From Cycas panzhihuaensis (Eukaryota > Plantae > Cycadophyta), in NCBI GenBank assembly GCA_023213395.1, contig CM041465.1, forward strand, positions 227,361,741-227,425,740: DNA of 64,000 nt, written 5' to 3'. A model generated the notes under the pieces. The model did no database searches. It was not told where the DNA came from and saw only the letters and a list, made by a program, of their open reading frames with translations. Each line of letters opens with the position of its first letter. Position 1 is the first letter of the stretch. Position numbers and translations under genes: made by a program. Positions 22,049-37,400 of this stretch are shown here, piece after piece.

Positions 22049-25000
22049 ATAAGTTTCCACTTAAATAAAGCCATTAATCTAAAGAATAAGCTGGAAGGGT
22101 TGAAACTAAATTTGATTAATGATATACTATTATTTATATTAATTATGTTAAAACTACTAGCTACATTTATAACTTTCTAGATCATTTATAATAGAGATAA
22201 AGTGATGGAGGGTGAAATATTTAATGGTATTAAAAATCTAATTCTAGTTGAGGATGCCAAGATTAAACATCATGGAATACTTGGAGATTTTGATTCAAAT
22301 CATACCCTATTCATGAGAACATAAAGGAGAGAGATCGTTCAGGAGGAAAATTTAACATAGAGGACAGAGGAAGAATCTTGGAGAAGAACAAATTTATTGA
22401 AAAATGTAACTACTATAAGAAGGAAGGCCACAAAAAGAAGAATTATTAGTTCAAAAGGTGGGATAAATGTAATGCTAGCCAAGGTGATAAAAGGAAGAGT
22501 CTTACAACACATTATGTTAGAGTTCCAACCTTATCAACCAAGTTAAGTTAGAGAGATTATTAGATTTTAGACTATAGAGCTTAGAAGTATGTCTCTTTTC
22601 AGAAGCAGAATTTTGATACATAGAGTGCAGATCTTAGTAATGCTGAGATTATCCTTGAAGATGCTTATGTATTACCTATTGAAGGTGTTGGTGATATATC
22701 TTTAGCAGGAGGTAAATTTAAAGGGGTATATTATGTACCTAATGTGAAGATAAATTTGCTTTCCACTCAAAAGATCTGCAAACAAGGAATGAAGATCAAG
22801 CTTTATAAAGATAGATGTTTGATTAAGGACCTAAAACAAAATTTCTCTATCAATGCTATTAGGAAAATTTCAATCTTAAAATAGATCTTATGCTTCTATT
22901 TCTAGCACTAATGATGTGAGCAAGCTATGGCATGATTGCCTAGGTCACCTTAATTATAGAAGCATTATATTAATGAAAAGGTTAAAAATGGTAGAAGGAT
23001 TACCATTTGTTTTATATTCAAAAGGTGCATTTGAAGGGTGTATATATAGGATGCATTATCACTATCATTTTGCTTGGAATAATGCTTGGAGAGCTAAGGA
23101 GAAGTTTGAACTTGATCCAAGGAGAAGCTTGAACTTGTGTTTATTTCGTTAAGAATAATTCAAATGTATTTGACTACTTTCATTATTAGAAAGTAAGTGT
23201 CAAAAATAAACGTGATAAAAATATTGAGGAGTAATAATGGCAAAGAATATGACAATCATGTATTTAATTAGTTCTATTGAGGTCATGGTATAAAATAGGA
23301 ATTTAGTATCCCATATACCCCACAATGGAATGGTGTTATAGAGAGAAAGAATCACACCATGATAGAAATGGCAAAGTATATGGTGCATTAAAAAAACTTG
23401 TCACCGATGTTTTGAGCAGAAGCTATTATGACTGTTATTTACATTATAAGCATGGTACCTACTCAAGTAGTTCAAAACATGACTCCTAAAGATAAATAGA
23501 CTAATCATAAACTAGCCATTAGTCATTTAAAAATATTTGGATGCATAGCATATGCATATATCCTTGATGATAATTATAAGAAGCTAGATCACAAGAGTTT
23601 GAAATGCATATTTATGGGGTATTTCAATTAGAATAAAGTTTATAGACTATGGGATCTACAAGGGAGAAAAATTATGATTAATCAAGATGTTAAATTTGAT
23701 AATCCATCAACATATTATGTTAAGAAGTCATCAAAAGAACCTTTTTACCCCTAATACTTCTATTTCATAATGGAAATTCAACAACTTAAGAGGACAATAA
23801 ACTAGTCGTTATGACTTGAGGAAGTTAGACCAAATAGAGAAGGTAATAGTAATGAGCCATCCTATGATAAAGTACACATAACACTAGGTCATTCTATACC
23901 ATTATGGGAAAGGAATATAATAGAGGATTTTAATGCAGAATTGTAAAACCTTATTGATAATAGAAGAACAAGAAGCCAACATACTAGTTAGACTCTAAGG
24001 GTAAATACTAATGACTACAATAATCTTGTTTCATATAAAGAAGTGAAGGATGATCTAGGATGGAGAGTTATAATAGAGGAGGAGTATGGATTAATCATGA
24101 AGAATATAGCATAGGATTTAGTTACTTTACCTCTAAAGAAGAACCTAGTTAGATACAAGTAGGTCTACATGATAAAGTTCCACTCTAATTAAGAGATGAA
24201 TAAGGATAGACTTATTACTTAAGGGTTTAAACAAAGGAAGGAATTGATTATAAGGAGATATTTGCACTAGTATCCAAGAAAACCATAGTCTAGTTGATCA
24301 TTTCCTTAGCAGCTACATATGGTTGGGAGTTATACTAGATGGATGTTAAGTCTATATTTTTTAATAAAGATCTAAAGGAGGAGATTTATATGTCATGGCC
24401 TTTAGGATTTATTAAGAAAAGTTAGGAGTATCTTATATATCATTGAAGAAATCACTTTATAGCCTGAAATAAACACCTTGTACTTAGTATAATAAGATTG
24501 ATGCCAAACTAAAAGGAGAAGGTTCTGTTGCTATAGACTTGGATTCAAATCTGTTTAAAATGAGTACGACTTTGATAATCATTATTATGTTGTATATGGA
24601 TGATTTAATCATTAGAGGCTATTGTAATAAGACCATTATTCAAGTAAAATCTAATTTGGAAGTGACCTTTGATATGACAGACATTTAGCCTCTACACTAC
24701 TTCTCAAGTATTAGAGTCAAGTAGATGGAAGATAGAATCATGATGTTATAGACTCAATATATAAAGCTCCTAAAGAAATTCAAGATGTTGGACTATAAAT
24801 TAGTTGCAAAACCATATGATAAAGGCACAAAGCTAAAGAAAGACATGGACAAACCCTCTATAGATGGTGCTATATATCATTAGTTAGTAGGAAGTTTGAT
24901 CTATTTGACTCATACTAACTACATATCACCTATATTTTTAGATTGGTTTCCTATTATATGCAGAATTCTCAAGAACCACATTGGTTTGTAGTGAAGAAAA

Positions 25001-25799
25001 TTCTAAAGTACTTGAAATGAACACTTAATCATAATCTTGAATACCTTCATGGTGAAAAGATAAAGTTGTGTGGACACACTGATGCTAATTGGGGAGGAGT
25101 CTTTAATGATAAAAAATCCACTAGTAGACATATCTTTGCTGTTAATAATAGATTTATTTTATTATAGTCAAAGAAATAACACACAAAGGTATTGTCTTTT
25201 ATAAAGATAGAATATCAAGGATTTAGTGTTGGTGCTAAAAAAGCTATATAGTTATAAGGTCTCTTAGAAGTTCTTAGAGGATCACATGGCACCCTAATTA
25301 TTTTTGTTGATAATTAGAGTACTATTCTCTTATCAAAGAAACCAAAGTTTCATGCTTATACAAAGTATATTGATATATAACATTGCTACATTTATGAGCA
25401 AATCAAATTAGGAAAGTTACAATTTGACTATTATCTAAGTGAATATCAACTTATGGATATTTTTACCAAAGCGCTTATTTAAAATCAATTCACAAAGATG
25501 TGTACTAGATTACGACTCATAGAAGTTATCCTTAAGGATGGATGTATCAACAAAGATAAAGAATAAGGATAGTCTAGTTTTCATGATAACTAAATTATTA
25601 TAGACTCCCTACATTTACATTAAGAGGGGATGTTAGTGTGGTAGTTAATTACTAAGCCACTTGTTAATATTAATGTGTGGTTTAATTATGTGATTAATGA
25701 AAAAGTATAAGTTATTTAGAAGGTCATAACCCTTAATAGTTGACACCTCTTAAGGGATTATAAATATCCCAGAGTCTATTGTATATTCATCAAGTAACT

Positions 25800-25889
25800 T
25801 AAATAACTCACGCATTTTTATTAATCATATAATTAAACCACATTAATATTAACAATTGGCTTAATAATTAACTGCCACACTAACATCCC
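25800..25889 (-). repeat. Inverted duplication of the PPT/LTR start inside the 3' LTR of B, followed by a direct re-duplication
   Basis: 25800-25889 is the reverse complement of ~25627-25718, and 25887-25938 repeats ~25730-25781. Both are absent from the 5' LTR. Confidence 0.9.
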
Positions 25890-26809
25890 TTAATAGTTGA
25901 TACCTCTCAAGGATTATAAATATCCTATAGTTTATTGGAATCAATGTGATCAATGGATCTTTTGTGATGGGTTTTATCTTAAAAGGGTTTCGCACATATA
26001 TCATATATACTATGCAATTATTCTCTATTTATATTGTTTTACTTATTATGTATGGTAAAGATTTTGTAGTGTATAAACATGCATGCATTCATTTATGTTT
26101 CTTAATAATGGGAACCTATAGAGATAAAAAATCAAATGGATATAAAGATTAATCAAGGAAAAAGCTTTGTAAGAAGTGTAAAGAAGTAAAATGTAGCAAA
26201 CCATTATACCAAAATCTCAAAGTATTAGTGAATATATAATATTACCTCCCCTATAAGGTATTGATGTCTTAATAACCCACTCTCTATGACTTATGCCTGG
26301 TAATTTCACACCTCATTGGGCCCCATATAAAAACTATTATGCCAATGTTCTACTGAGATCATTCCCTTTGAGAATCAAACCTATGACCTTAGTTCTAATA
26401 CCATTGATAACAATTTGTTATACTGGAGTGTTTCCTCTTAGAAAATCAACCATACAAATATAGATTAATAGAAATAGAAGACAAACATCACCTTAAAGAG
26501 ATAAAATATGCAAATAAATCATAAATTGAATATTAAGGGGAGTATTGAAGTACTTTCTCTTGAAAAGATAATAATAATCAATAAACTTTACAAGTGATAT
26601 TTGACCCTTTAAATAGATATGTAAGGGTCTTCTTCCTTGTGATTCTAGTGGTGGCCCTAGTGACCTTACATCTTATTGGAGGGCTTAGTAGCCCATGCAT
26701 AAATCTTAATAACTAAAATCAATACTTAACCCTTTAGTGGATCATACTTGCTAGTGATTAAGAAATGTGAGATTATGTTACAGCCCCCCCCCCTCCCCCT
26801 CTTGAGATG

Positions 26810-29800
26810 TTGAGTCCTTACAACATTTGAGATGAGGATATTATTGGACGAACTAGTTAGATTACATCATAATTGACCCACTATACTAAATACTCAAAAG
26901 TAGTATAATTCCAAAGGTGGTATTAGTAATTGACAAGGATTTTATCAGGTGGGATTATAAGAGTTTTCTCCTCACAAAGAATGGGTAAGGTGGTGTGGGA
27001 TGTAACTTTAGCTCTGAGGTTTTTTTTAAGGCAAGAGATATGAAATATATTATGGATATTGGTCTTTACAGGGAGTTCAAGGGTATAAGCAACTTCATTT
27101 ATTTTATAGAGAATTTTATAAGGGCCATAATAATGGAGGCTTAGTTTATGGCCTTGATGTGACTTAAGAGATTATTGCTTGTAAGGTTAGAGGTGGAGGA
27201 ATACTAGATCTCTAATGTCAAAGGATTGATCAAACTAATGGCAATCAATTAGTTGCTTCATTCAATTTCAGGCAATAGCCAGATTCTATCAAAGGTTATG
27301 GAGGATTTGGTCTATCTCTTAAAGCTTTTACTCTATAGAGGTTATTCAAAAGTTTGTGGCTAAGGTATGGTAGGAAGAGGAGTGGTAACCATAGAGGGCT
27401 AAAAGGAAGGATACACGAGTGGCAAAATGGTGAGAGGAGTTATATTAATAGTCTACTAGGGAGAGCTAAGAGGTCCAATTAGCTTGGTATTCTAAGGTAA
27501 AACAACATAGATAGGTTTCTATTATTTTATTTAAGACCTCATATTGGCCATCTATTTATGGGTGGTAGGTAGAACTCATGTTAAATAAGGTTATAAAAGC
27601 CTTAAAGAGTTCTTGTTAAAAGGAGCCAATAAACTTGGGGTCTTAGTCATAAATGATGGATGAAGGAAAGCCATAAAGGTAAAATATAAATTTGATATAT
27701 AAATTAGCAAGACAGGAGGACATATATGAGATGTGAACTAGGAGGAAGTATGAATACTTGATTAATCGATCAATGATTACCCAAATAGAATCAAACCTAA
27801 TATATGGAGGTAGCCTGTTATAAAGTCTATGGAAATATCTTGCCACTTACCTTGTGGAATATTTAATAGTTGGAGAAGTTTGGGAAGGGCTTTAGTATTG
27901 ACTTTGTCTCACTAACATGTGTCACATTCTAGTATGAAGGTGCATATGGTAGTCTTTAAATGAGGCCAAAAAAATTCACACAAATGTGTCGATAAATTTT
28001 ATCAAACCCTAAGTGGCCACCAAAGGGAGAAACGTGGTATTCTATTAGGATTCTAGGTATGAATAATGAGAATGGGTGGACAAAGATGTGATTTAAATAT
28101 AGTAGGTAATTGTTAAAGGTTCACTAACCTTTGTGGATAAAAACCTTTTTACTCCATTTAGGATAGTCAGGTTTGACCTAGTTTTCAACCTATAATTCAT
28201 TGACCCAAAGGGGTTAGGGCCTGGTCATGGTATAGAGGCATAGCTTAGAAGTACTATCATCGAGGTAGAAACATTGAAGGGCATATGTGTCTGTATTATC
28301 TTTTCCTTTTTTATACAATATTATAAAGTCAAAGACCTATAGATAGTTGACCCACTTAGCTTATTCTTTAGATAAGACTAACTAATCCAATAGATTATGG
28401 AGGCTACAATGATCCATTAGAATGGTGAATTTAGAGCCTAAGAGGTATTACCACCATTTATCAATAGCATGAAAAATACCTTTTATCTCCTTCTGGTAAG
28501 TGGAGAGATGGAGGTCATGACCTTCCAATTTATAGCTCTCGAACACGATGGGATAAGAGTCTTGCATCAAGACTATACCCAAGCTAAATCTTGAGGCATC
28601 ACATTTAATTTAGAAAGTCTAATTGAAATCAAGAGTCATGAGGACTAAGGTAGAGATCATTACAACCTTGAGATAAGAAAAAATGGCATTCACTTCTAGA
28701 GACCATTGGAAAGCATTTTTACTGAGGAGATGAGTTAAGGGTGTAGTGAGGGTGGCATAGTTATGCACAAAATATCAATGGAATCCTATGAGGTCAAAGA
28801 ATGCACATAGTTAGGTAAGGGTGATGGGTGTTAACCAAGTCATGATGATAAATATTTTGTTGGGATCCATGCATACCCCTTTCAACTATATGATATGCCC
28901 TAAGTATTTGAGTTTAGATTCACCAAACTCACACTTAGATAATTTTGCATAGAGTTAGTGGTTCTGTAATGTTTGAAGAATAATTTTTAGGAGTTGGATA
29001 TGGTAGTCTAGATAGATACTATAAATGATAATATCATCAAATAAGACTATGACAAATTTTCAAAGATAGAGGCTAAAAATTTTGTTCATGAGAGCCTAAA
29101 AAGTTGTCAGGGCATTACAAAGGCTAAAGGGTATTGTATGAAACTCAAAATGGCTATGATGTATCTGAAATGTCATCTTATAGTAATTTTCCATGGTAAT
29201 TGGGATCTAGTAGTAACCAAATTAAAGGTCTAACTTAGAAAAAATAGTCATGTCATGGATTTCATCCAACATATCATCTACATAGGAGGTGAAAATTTTA
29301 TTTTTTATGGTAATTTTATTTAGTTCCCTATAATCGACATAAAGGTAGAAGGAACCATCCTTCTTCATAACTAAGATGATTAAAGCCATATAAGGGCTTT
29401 TGCTTGGTTGGATTATACCCATGTCTATGGGCTCAATCATGAGTTTCTCAATTTCATTCTTTTGAAAGTATAAGTTATAGTAGGGTCTCAAGATGATAGG
29501 GTTGTGATTATATTAGAGGTCAATTGTATGATAGAAACTACAATTAGGTAGGGTAGTGGTAGGCAGATGGGTAAATACCTGCTCATATTGGGTAATGATA
29601 TCTTAGATACATAGGTGAATTTATGATTTAATTTAAATATTATTGAGTTAAACTATGTATCCTAAGTGAGATTGAAGATGGTGTTTCATATATCCTAGAG
29701 AGACCACTTAGTTAGGATGTGACTACATCCCATAAATTTTGTGATTTCAACCCATTTGGTCTTTAAAAGTAATGAATGGGTTATTAGGTAAGTTATTCAT

Positions 29801-31320
29801 ACTATAAGTTTCTAGGGTTTATAACCATTAAATGCCCAAGATAGCATTAGACCTTCTTATCAATAAAGCATAGAAATATGATACCAAAAGGTAGGAATCG
29901 ATTTAGACTTGGAGGTTTTTAATAAAAATAGTGCAATAGAGCTTTTAATACCCTAGTAGATAACATGTAAAGCCAATTTTTGCTGCTATATATAGGTTAA
30001 GTTGTCAAGCTATAGATATATTAAGGAAATTGAGTGAGACACCATCATTGATCAGGATTGACATTGGAGTCTTGTGAAGAATACCTCTAGTGCATAGGGG
30101 TTCGGGATAAGAGGTGGTGGTGATAGTGGATAAGGACACTTTAGGATGAGGGTCTAAAGTAGGGTCATCATGGGTTACATCTTCTGCCTCAAGTTTAGAG
30201 TTAGAGTCAAAGGATTCATCAGGGAATAGGGATGGCTCAATGGAAAAAACCATGTATCATACCTTACAAAAATAGCCATGCCTGGAAGTCTACTTTTCTG
30301 CACATTATATATAAAGACCAACCTCTAGTTAGCATTGTACTTTAGCTTGTAAAATTTTGACTCTTTTGGTAGATGAGTCATCATTTTATTGATGGGTAGC
30401 TATATAGGTGGGATCATCCTATCATAGTCTGGGATGTGTAAAATCAAATTGAGAATGGATGACATCATCAAATAAAGGTTGTGATTGTTGAAAGTCTGAC
30501 TATCGAGTGTGTGAGAACTAAGGGTTATCTTGATAAGTAGTTAAGGGTCTATCTGTTATAAGTTTGACCTCTACTACTGAGCCTACTTAAATGCTTTCTT
30601 AAGGGAATAAATTACCATTGTCTTTAGTCTCATCTAAATACAATCTTAGAGTCTATCCATATAGATATTGATCACTATTTATTTGTCCAAGTTTTGACTT
30701 TATAGCAAGCTATTATATAAAGCTTAGAATTCATCAGTGTAGGCCTCCACTGTTGTAGTCTATTTAAGTTGAGTAAGTTATATGAAGAAGGATTGACTCC
30801 ATATGTCTTTATATTGTTCAAAGAAATAATTAATAAAGTGGGACTATATTAGGTAAGAGGGATACTCTTGCTTCCATCAATTGAACCAACGGTGGGCTCG
30901 TCCATCTAGGTAGATAGATGTATATAAGAGTTGATCTTCCTCTGACATTAGGTAGAGTGTGAAGTATGATTCTAGCTTGTTAATCTAGTTACAAGTACAC
31001 TCTTTATTCACATCTAGATCAAATATAGGAATATTGATTTTATGGTGAAAAAGAGGCTACCTTACTAGGTAACCTCCTCTAGGTACATTACTTCCTTGGA
31101 AGGGGGAAGATCGATTGCCAATCATATTAGAAGTCCATATGCTTTGGAGTTGAGATTGCAATAGTTGCTAGATTTATATAAGAATCTCTACTTTAGTGCT
31201 ATCAAATTCTAATTTTATAGGAATGTCATTGAATATGTTATTAACCTCTAGTTTAAAGTTGTTCAAGTCATTGGTTAAGTTAATATTTTCTCTCCTTATA
31301 TTTTTGCTATTAGAGCTATA
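26810..31320 (-). pseudogene. Element C gag-pol (degenerate)
   Basis: Protease ILINDGVSLNF, RT IIQPSKSPY...KKDGSFYLYVDYRELNKITIKN, integrase FDSIWVIIDRLIKYSYFL, chromodomain remnant FEYLV*WVNYD. Confidence 0.88.
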
Positions 31321-34300
31321 AAAGGGGTTTAAAAGAGAGGGAATGAGCAGAAAGAAGGGAAATAGACAAATGATACAAATCAAGAAAGAATAAGATGTAA
31401 GAACGAGGGAGTTGCTATAAGGAAGAGAAGGGGACAAATAGGATGTAAGATGTTTATAACCTATTGACCCCAAAAATTACATAAACAAGATATTTAGCCC
31501 ACTTGGAGGAGTACAAAAAACTTATTCAAATGGGGTTTATGAGATTTAAAGGTAAGTTTGAGGTGGTAAGGCCCACCAGTGACCCAGGTACTGAAAAGCA
31601 TAAAAATTATTTGTAAGAACTAACCTAGTGTAAAATAACCAACACAACATATTGATTGAAATAAGGTATACGAGTTGTAATGGTAGTTTTTATCTATAAA
31701 CTTCTAATATAAAGCATAATTAAGTGTAGTTTTTTTTTTTTTTTTCTCTCTTCCTTTTTTTTTGGAGTTTAATTGCATTGGTAGTTTTTTAATTTAGGTA
31801 GTATTATGAATTTTTTTTTTCCTTATATGATGTGTCTTGAAATCTTAATCAAGAAGTAGAGCATGTAAAGTAGGGTTTAAGTGATTGAAGATATCCTACC
31901 AACCACTAGACAAGGTATGCTTGGTCTTATAGGCTTGTCAATAAACTTCTTATATTGAAGTTTGGGGTAAGTAGCTTTATGCCGCTAACCACTAACCACT
32001 TCATTATAGGACTTCAGAGGCCCATAGTTTACCTATGCTAGGAAGGATTTGGGATATATAAGGATCCTTCTACATGCTTGAAGGTATATGGAGGTATAAT
32101 TTTATAGCTAAGTCCTATTTAGGGCTTGGTTAAGGAGTATTATCTCTAATACTTCATGCAAAGAGTAGAAATGCCATGATGTGCTTAACCAAAATGATAA
32201 ATCCTTGTGATTTTTAAATACCTCTAATACAAGGTCTCTACCAAACTACTTTGATAGCTACCAAGTGGTATTATCTACCCAAGAAAAAGGGGTGGGAGTG
32301 AGAAAGGGTAGCCGCTGAGTAGTATTACTTACCCTTGGACTAACGACCTAGTATAGAATTGAAATAAATGAATTAAACTAAAAATATATATAAGGGAAAA
32401 ATAATGTATTGGACATTACCTAGAGGAAGAAATTCCCCTTCCCTTGTGACTCTTGAGTTATACTAGTTCTATTCCTCAATCTTTGTAGAGAGACTACTAA
32501 GAGAAGGTCTTTTCTCAATCTCTACTTTAGTAGAAAGAGTCCCCGATTTGTTAGAAAAAATAAATTCTAATTTTTTTTTAGCCTATTAAGTAGCTTCCCA
32601 TGTCACAAACATGGCTTTGATGCCTTAGAGCATTTCCTCTCGAAAAATCAACCTTGAAAATTATAGGTTAATAAAAATAGAATCCAAATATCACCTTAAT
32701 GAGATAAAATATACAAATAGATCACAAATTAAACACCAAAGGGAATACTAAAGTACTTTCTCTTTAAAAGATAATAATACTCAACAACATTTATAAGTGA
32801 TATTTGACCCTTTAAATAGACATGCAAGGGTATTCTTCCTTGTGATTCTATTAGTGGCCCTAGCAACCTTACATTTTATTAGACGGCTTAGTGGCCCATG
32901 TATAAATCTTAATAACTAACTAAAAGAGGTTAATGTATCAAGGTCATTTATGTAGATTAATTAAGTAACCTTAAGATATATTGTTAGTGTTAGTCTCTTA
33001 GTGAAATGTAATTTATGTACATTTAGATATAATTTTGGGTTTATTTCATTAGGCAAGAAAATCCTAACCCTAATGCTCACCCTCAATAATAAAAGACAAA
33101 ATCTCAAGGAGGGAGTCATTATTCATTCTCACCTCTAAGCTTGCTCTCATATCTTTTTTCATCTCATTTTCATTCTCCATTACCATTGTGTATATGTCAG
33201 TGATATATTGCCCAGATCCATTCTTCCTTCATATGGTATCAAAGCTAGAAAGGGATCTATTCACTCCATTCTACTTGTATGGAGTCATTTTGCCTCTCCT
33301 TCACCTTCAATGTAAAGTATTGAGAGTGCACTCATCATTTTTAAAATTTTGAGAGCTTAAAATTATATTACTTTATATGTTGTTGCTTTCTCTATATGTG
33401 CATAATTTGAAAGGTGAAAAATATAGGTTTTGAAGCCGTTTGGTTTCCATAATAGTCCTGAAAGTATTAAAGGCCAAAAATTTTATGAAAATTTTGACCA
33501 CCTTATATTTTAATGAAATTTGGTGTGTAGGGTTACTTGCTAAGAGAATCATTTTTGTCTTCTAAAGTAACTTCAGATTTAGCCTACAACAGTGATTTTT
33601 AGCTAAAATAAAAGGTTAAAATTTATAAATAAGTGACTTAAGGCATTTTTCCTAATGAAATCCTTTAAACATGAGCTAAAAATCTAATAGTTCTTTTGAG
33701 GAACCTAATATATTTATGTCTTAGAAGTATTTTAAGATAAATCTCATCAAATTTTATCCACTAGTTAGTGAGATCTTTGCAGCTTTCTCAGGAATGTTGA
33801 ATTTGCCTAGTCAAGCCCACAAAAGACATTGCGAAGGCATTTTGGGTAGTTGTTTGTGCTAATTTTGGAGATGGTACAGAAGGAAAAGTTGATGTATATG
33901 TCAAGATGTAACTTTTAACATATTGAAGTTTAAATTTTGAGACAGTAGATATGGCAAGATTCTACTTTTTTTTTTTTTTGGGAAAAAAAAAATAATCCAT
34001 TTTTTAGTACTTTATGGATTTTATATTGATTTTTTTAAAAACATATTTAGAAACATTGTACTAAAGTAAGGGAAACCTTGGATCAGAAGCAATATCTAGT
34101 TTTCCTATTAAATCTAGCATGCTTTTTCTATTTGCACACATAGCATAAAGTATCACATAAAGAAATAACAACAATAAAGTACGCACGAAAAGTAAGCAAG
34201 CACATTTGGCAACTTTCTATTTCAGTTTTTAGTTATTTATAAACAACTTACATTATTCCTAAAAGGAATCTCATCTGTACAATTTATACCACTAGTTATT

Positions 34301-34455
34301 GACTTGTACACACACTTGCCTTGGTTGAAATAAACCACAGTTAGTCAAAGTTTGAGTCCTAAGGGAGGTGTAAGTTTCATACTGGGTCTAGTCTTAACTG
34401 AAATAGTGGTGGAGGAATAGGTTAGTCATACCTACAACCTCTAATCAGGGATAAT

Positions 34456-37400
34456 TATAATGAACCTGAATCAAAAGAGAGAAGTCCAATTACATATGGT
34501 AACATAAGAGTCAAAATTACATATAAGAGTATGAAGCATTTATAATCACATGTGTCTATGGGTCTCTTTGAGGGGGCAACCTCTAATACCTAAAATCACA
34601 ATACTTCTAGATGATCCTTACTCCTACATTACATACATATATACAGGGCTATTAAGATTGCCTATCTCTTGGACTTATAAATGTGGGATAATTATAAGAA
34701 TAGAAATATAAAATTTGAGAAGAAGAGAGATAAGGGTTGGGTTCTTAACAAGTCCCCCCCCCCCCCCCCCTCTTGAAAAGCTTTACCCTCAAAGCTTGAT
34801 TAGACTTAGATGCTCTTGAACAAATTGCTCACTTTCTCAAGTTGAATCATCGTGTGGCAACTACTTCCATTTGATGAGATACTCTTTGATATGTCAAGAG
34901 TGCAAACACATAACCCTTTCCTCCAAAATTCATCCAGGCATCATTTGAAGCCTCCCTTCATTATCTAATATTGATATTTTTGTTTATGCCTGCACTTGCT
35001 ATCCAATTACCCTTTTAAGATAAGATACATGGAAAACATTATGGATTTTAGTTGTTATGGGTAACTCTAAGGCATAAGCCACTTTCCCCACTCATTTAAG
35101 GATTTTATAAGGCCTATAATACCTTGGCTTTAACTTGTGTTTATCCTCTCTTAAGTGAAATTTACTTGTATGGTTGCAAGTGCAAGTAAACCCAATCTCC
35201 TACTTGAACCTCTCATTCACTTCTTTGTTTGTCTACTTATTGTTTCATTTGGTTCTAAGCCAAGTTAAGGTTTTCTTTCAATATCTTGAGTGTCTCTATA
35301 GTTTGTTGTAGATGTTCTTCCACTACTGGAACTCTAGAATTGTCTATGGTGTAGTTCTTAATAGATGGTGGTTCATACCCATATAATGCTTGGAAGGGAG
35401 TTCTTTTTGTTGCTATATGGTAAGTAGTATTATACCACCATTCTATCATGGGAAGCTAATGATGCCATTAATTTTGTTTATCTGACACATAGCATCTGAT
35501 ATATACTTGTAAACATTTGTTAACTAGCTCCATTTATCCATTTGTTTGTGGGTGGTATGTTGTGCTCATTGTTAGCTTGGTACCTAAAGCTTAGAAGAGT
35601 GTAGTCTAGAAATTGCTTATGAACGCTTGGTCTCTATCACTAATAATCTTCTTAGGCATTCCATGGAGCTGATGTATCTCTTTTAAGAAAATCTTGACAA
35701 TTTATTTTGCCTTATAAGTAGACTGGATTCCATAAAAATAAATATACTTTGTTAATCTATTAATAACTACAAGGATGGCATCCTTCTCGTCTAATTTTGG
35801 TAATCCCTGATGAAGTCCATGGATATTTCTTCCCATCTTTGATCTAGTATAGGGAGTGGATGTAATAGACTGGGCATCTTTTTCATTTTACCCTTTTGTT
35901 GTTGGCACACTTCTCAAGCTGCAACCCATCTTTTAGTATCTTGCTTGAGCCCATTACAATAGAAGGATTGCTTAATCCATTGGTAAGTCTTTAGGAATCC
36001 AGAATTACCTATTATTGGAGAGGCATGTACATCATCTAATATCTTCTCCTTAATCTTGGAATTAGGACTAAGATATATTCTATTTTTGTACCACAGGATG
36101 TTTGCTACCCATGAAAAACTTTTATGACTATCTTGATAAACCTATAGATCCTATATTAATTGCTTTATCTTAGTATCCTTTTTCCACTCTTCCTTTGCCT
36201 CCTCAACCCATAAAGGGGTAACTATCATTAATACATATAATATAGAATCTCCTTCCTTTCGTGATAGGGCATCAACTACTATATTTTCCTTCCCTTTTTT
36301 ATATATGATTTCAAAATCAAAACCTTGCATTTTAGAGACCCATTTTTATTATTCCTCAGAAGCTACCCTTTGGTCTAGGAAATACTTCAAGCTTTCATAG
36401 TCTATCTTTATTTTTAAATAGGTTGCAAGTAAATATTGGCGCTAATTTTGAATTACTTGTAGGATCTCCATCATCTCTTTTTCATACGTATACTTGACTA
36501 AGTCTTTGGACTTCAATTTTTAACTTTTAAAGGCTATGGGCCTCTCTTCTTGCATGAGGACTGCTCCAATACTTTGTCCTGAGGCATCACATTCAATGAT
36601 AAATGTTTTAGTGAAGTCAGGAGTTGCTAAAACTAGTGTGGTAGTCATGGATACCTTTAGGTTCTCAAAGGCTTTAGTAGTGGTATATATCTATATGAAT
36701 GAATCCTTCTTTAATAATTGTGTCAAGGGTACTATAATCTTGGTATACCCTTTAACAAATTTTCAGTAGTACCCTACTAAACCTAGGAATCCATGTAGCC
36801 CTTTGATGTTTTTAGGCTAGGGTCAATTTACTATGGCTTCAATCTTCCTTGGATTGACCTTGACTCCTTCTTATGAGATGATGTTCCCCAAGTACTCCAC
36901 TTCATGCCTTCCAAAGTTACATTTTGATCTGTTTACAAAGAGTTTATTATCTTCTAATAACTGTAAAACCTTATCAACATGTTGAAGATGTTCTTCCTTT
37001 GTTTGGTTATACACTAAGATGTTATCAAAGAACACTAAGACAAACTTCCTTAGATAAGGTCGAAAGATTTTATTCATGAGCCCTTGGAATGTGGCTGGTA
37101 CATTGGTTAAGCCAAAAGGCATAACTAGGAATTCATAGTGGCCTTCATGGGTGCGAAAAGCTATTTTGTGAGCATCAGCAACCTTGATTCTAATTTAGTG
37201 ATATCTAGATTTTAAACCTATGGTGGTGAGAAGGGTTGTTCCATTCAATTCATCTAATAACTCATCAATCATAGGTATGGGGAATTTATCTTTAATAGTA
37301 ATTTTATTTAATTCCCAATAATCCACATATATACGAAAGGATCTATCCTTCTTTTTTACCAATATTACTGCTACCGAAAATGTGCTTTTACTTTCCGTGA

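Larger units (their letters stand above)
16610..25530 (+). pseudogene. Element B gag-pol (degenerate), split by element D
   Basis: gag rejoins across D as MEDETN|ISFHLNKAINLKNKLEG. GAG-pre-integrase SKLWHDCLGHLNYRS, integrase, RT (*MDVKSIF) and RNase H (TDANWGG) motifs follow in copia order. Confidence 0.85.
14932..26107 (+). mobile_element. Element B: Ty1/copia LTR retrotransposon inserted in the integrase of A
   Basis: Perfect TSD ATGGG (14927-14931 / 26108-26112). 5' LTR 14932-15271, PBS tggtatcggagcc at 15272-15284, PPT taagagggga at 25621-25630, 3' LTR 25631-26107 (rearranged). ~18% LTR mismatch. Confidence 0.92.
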
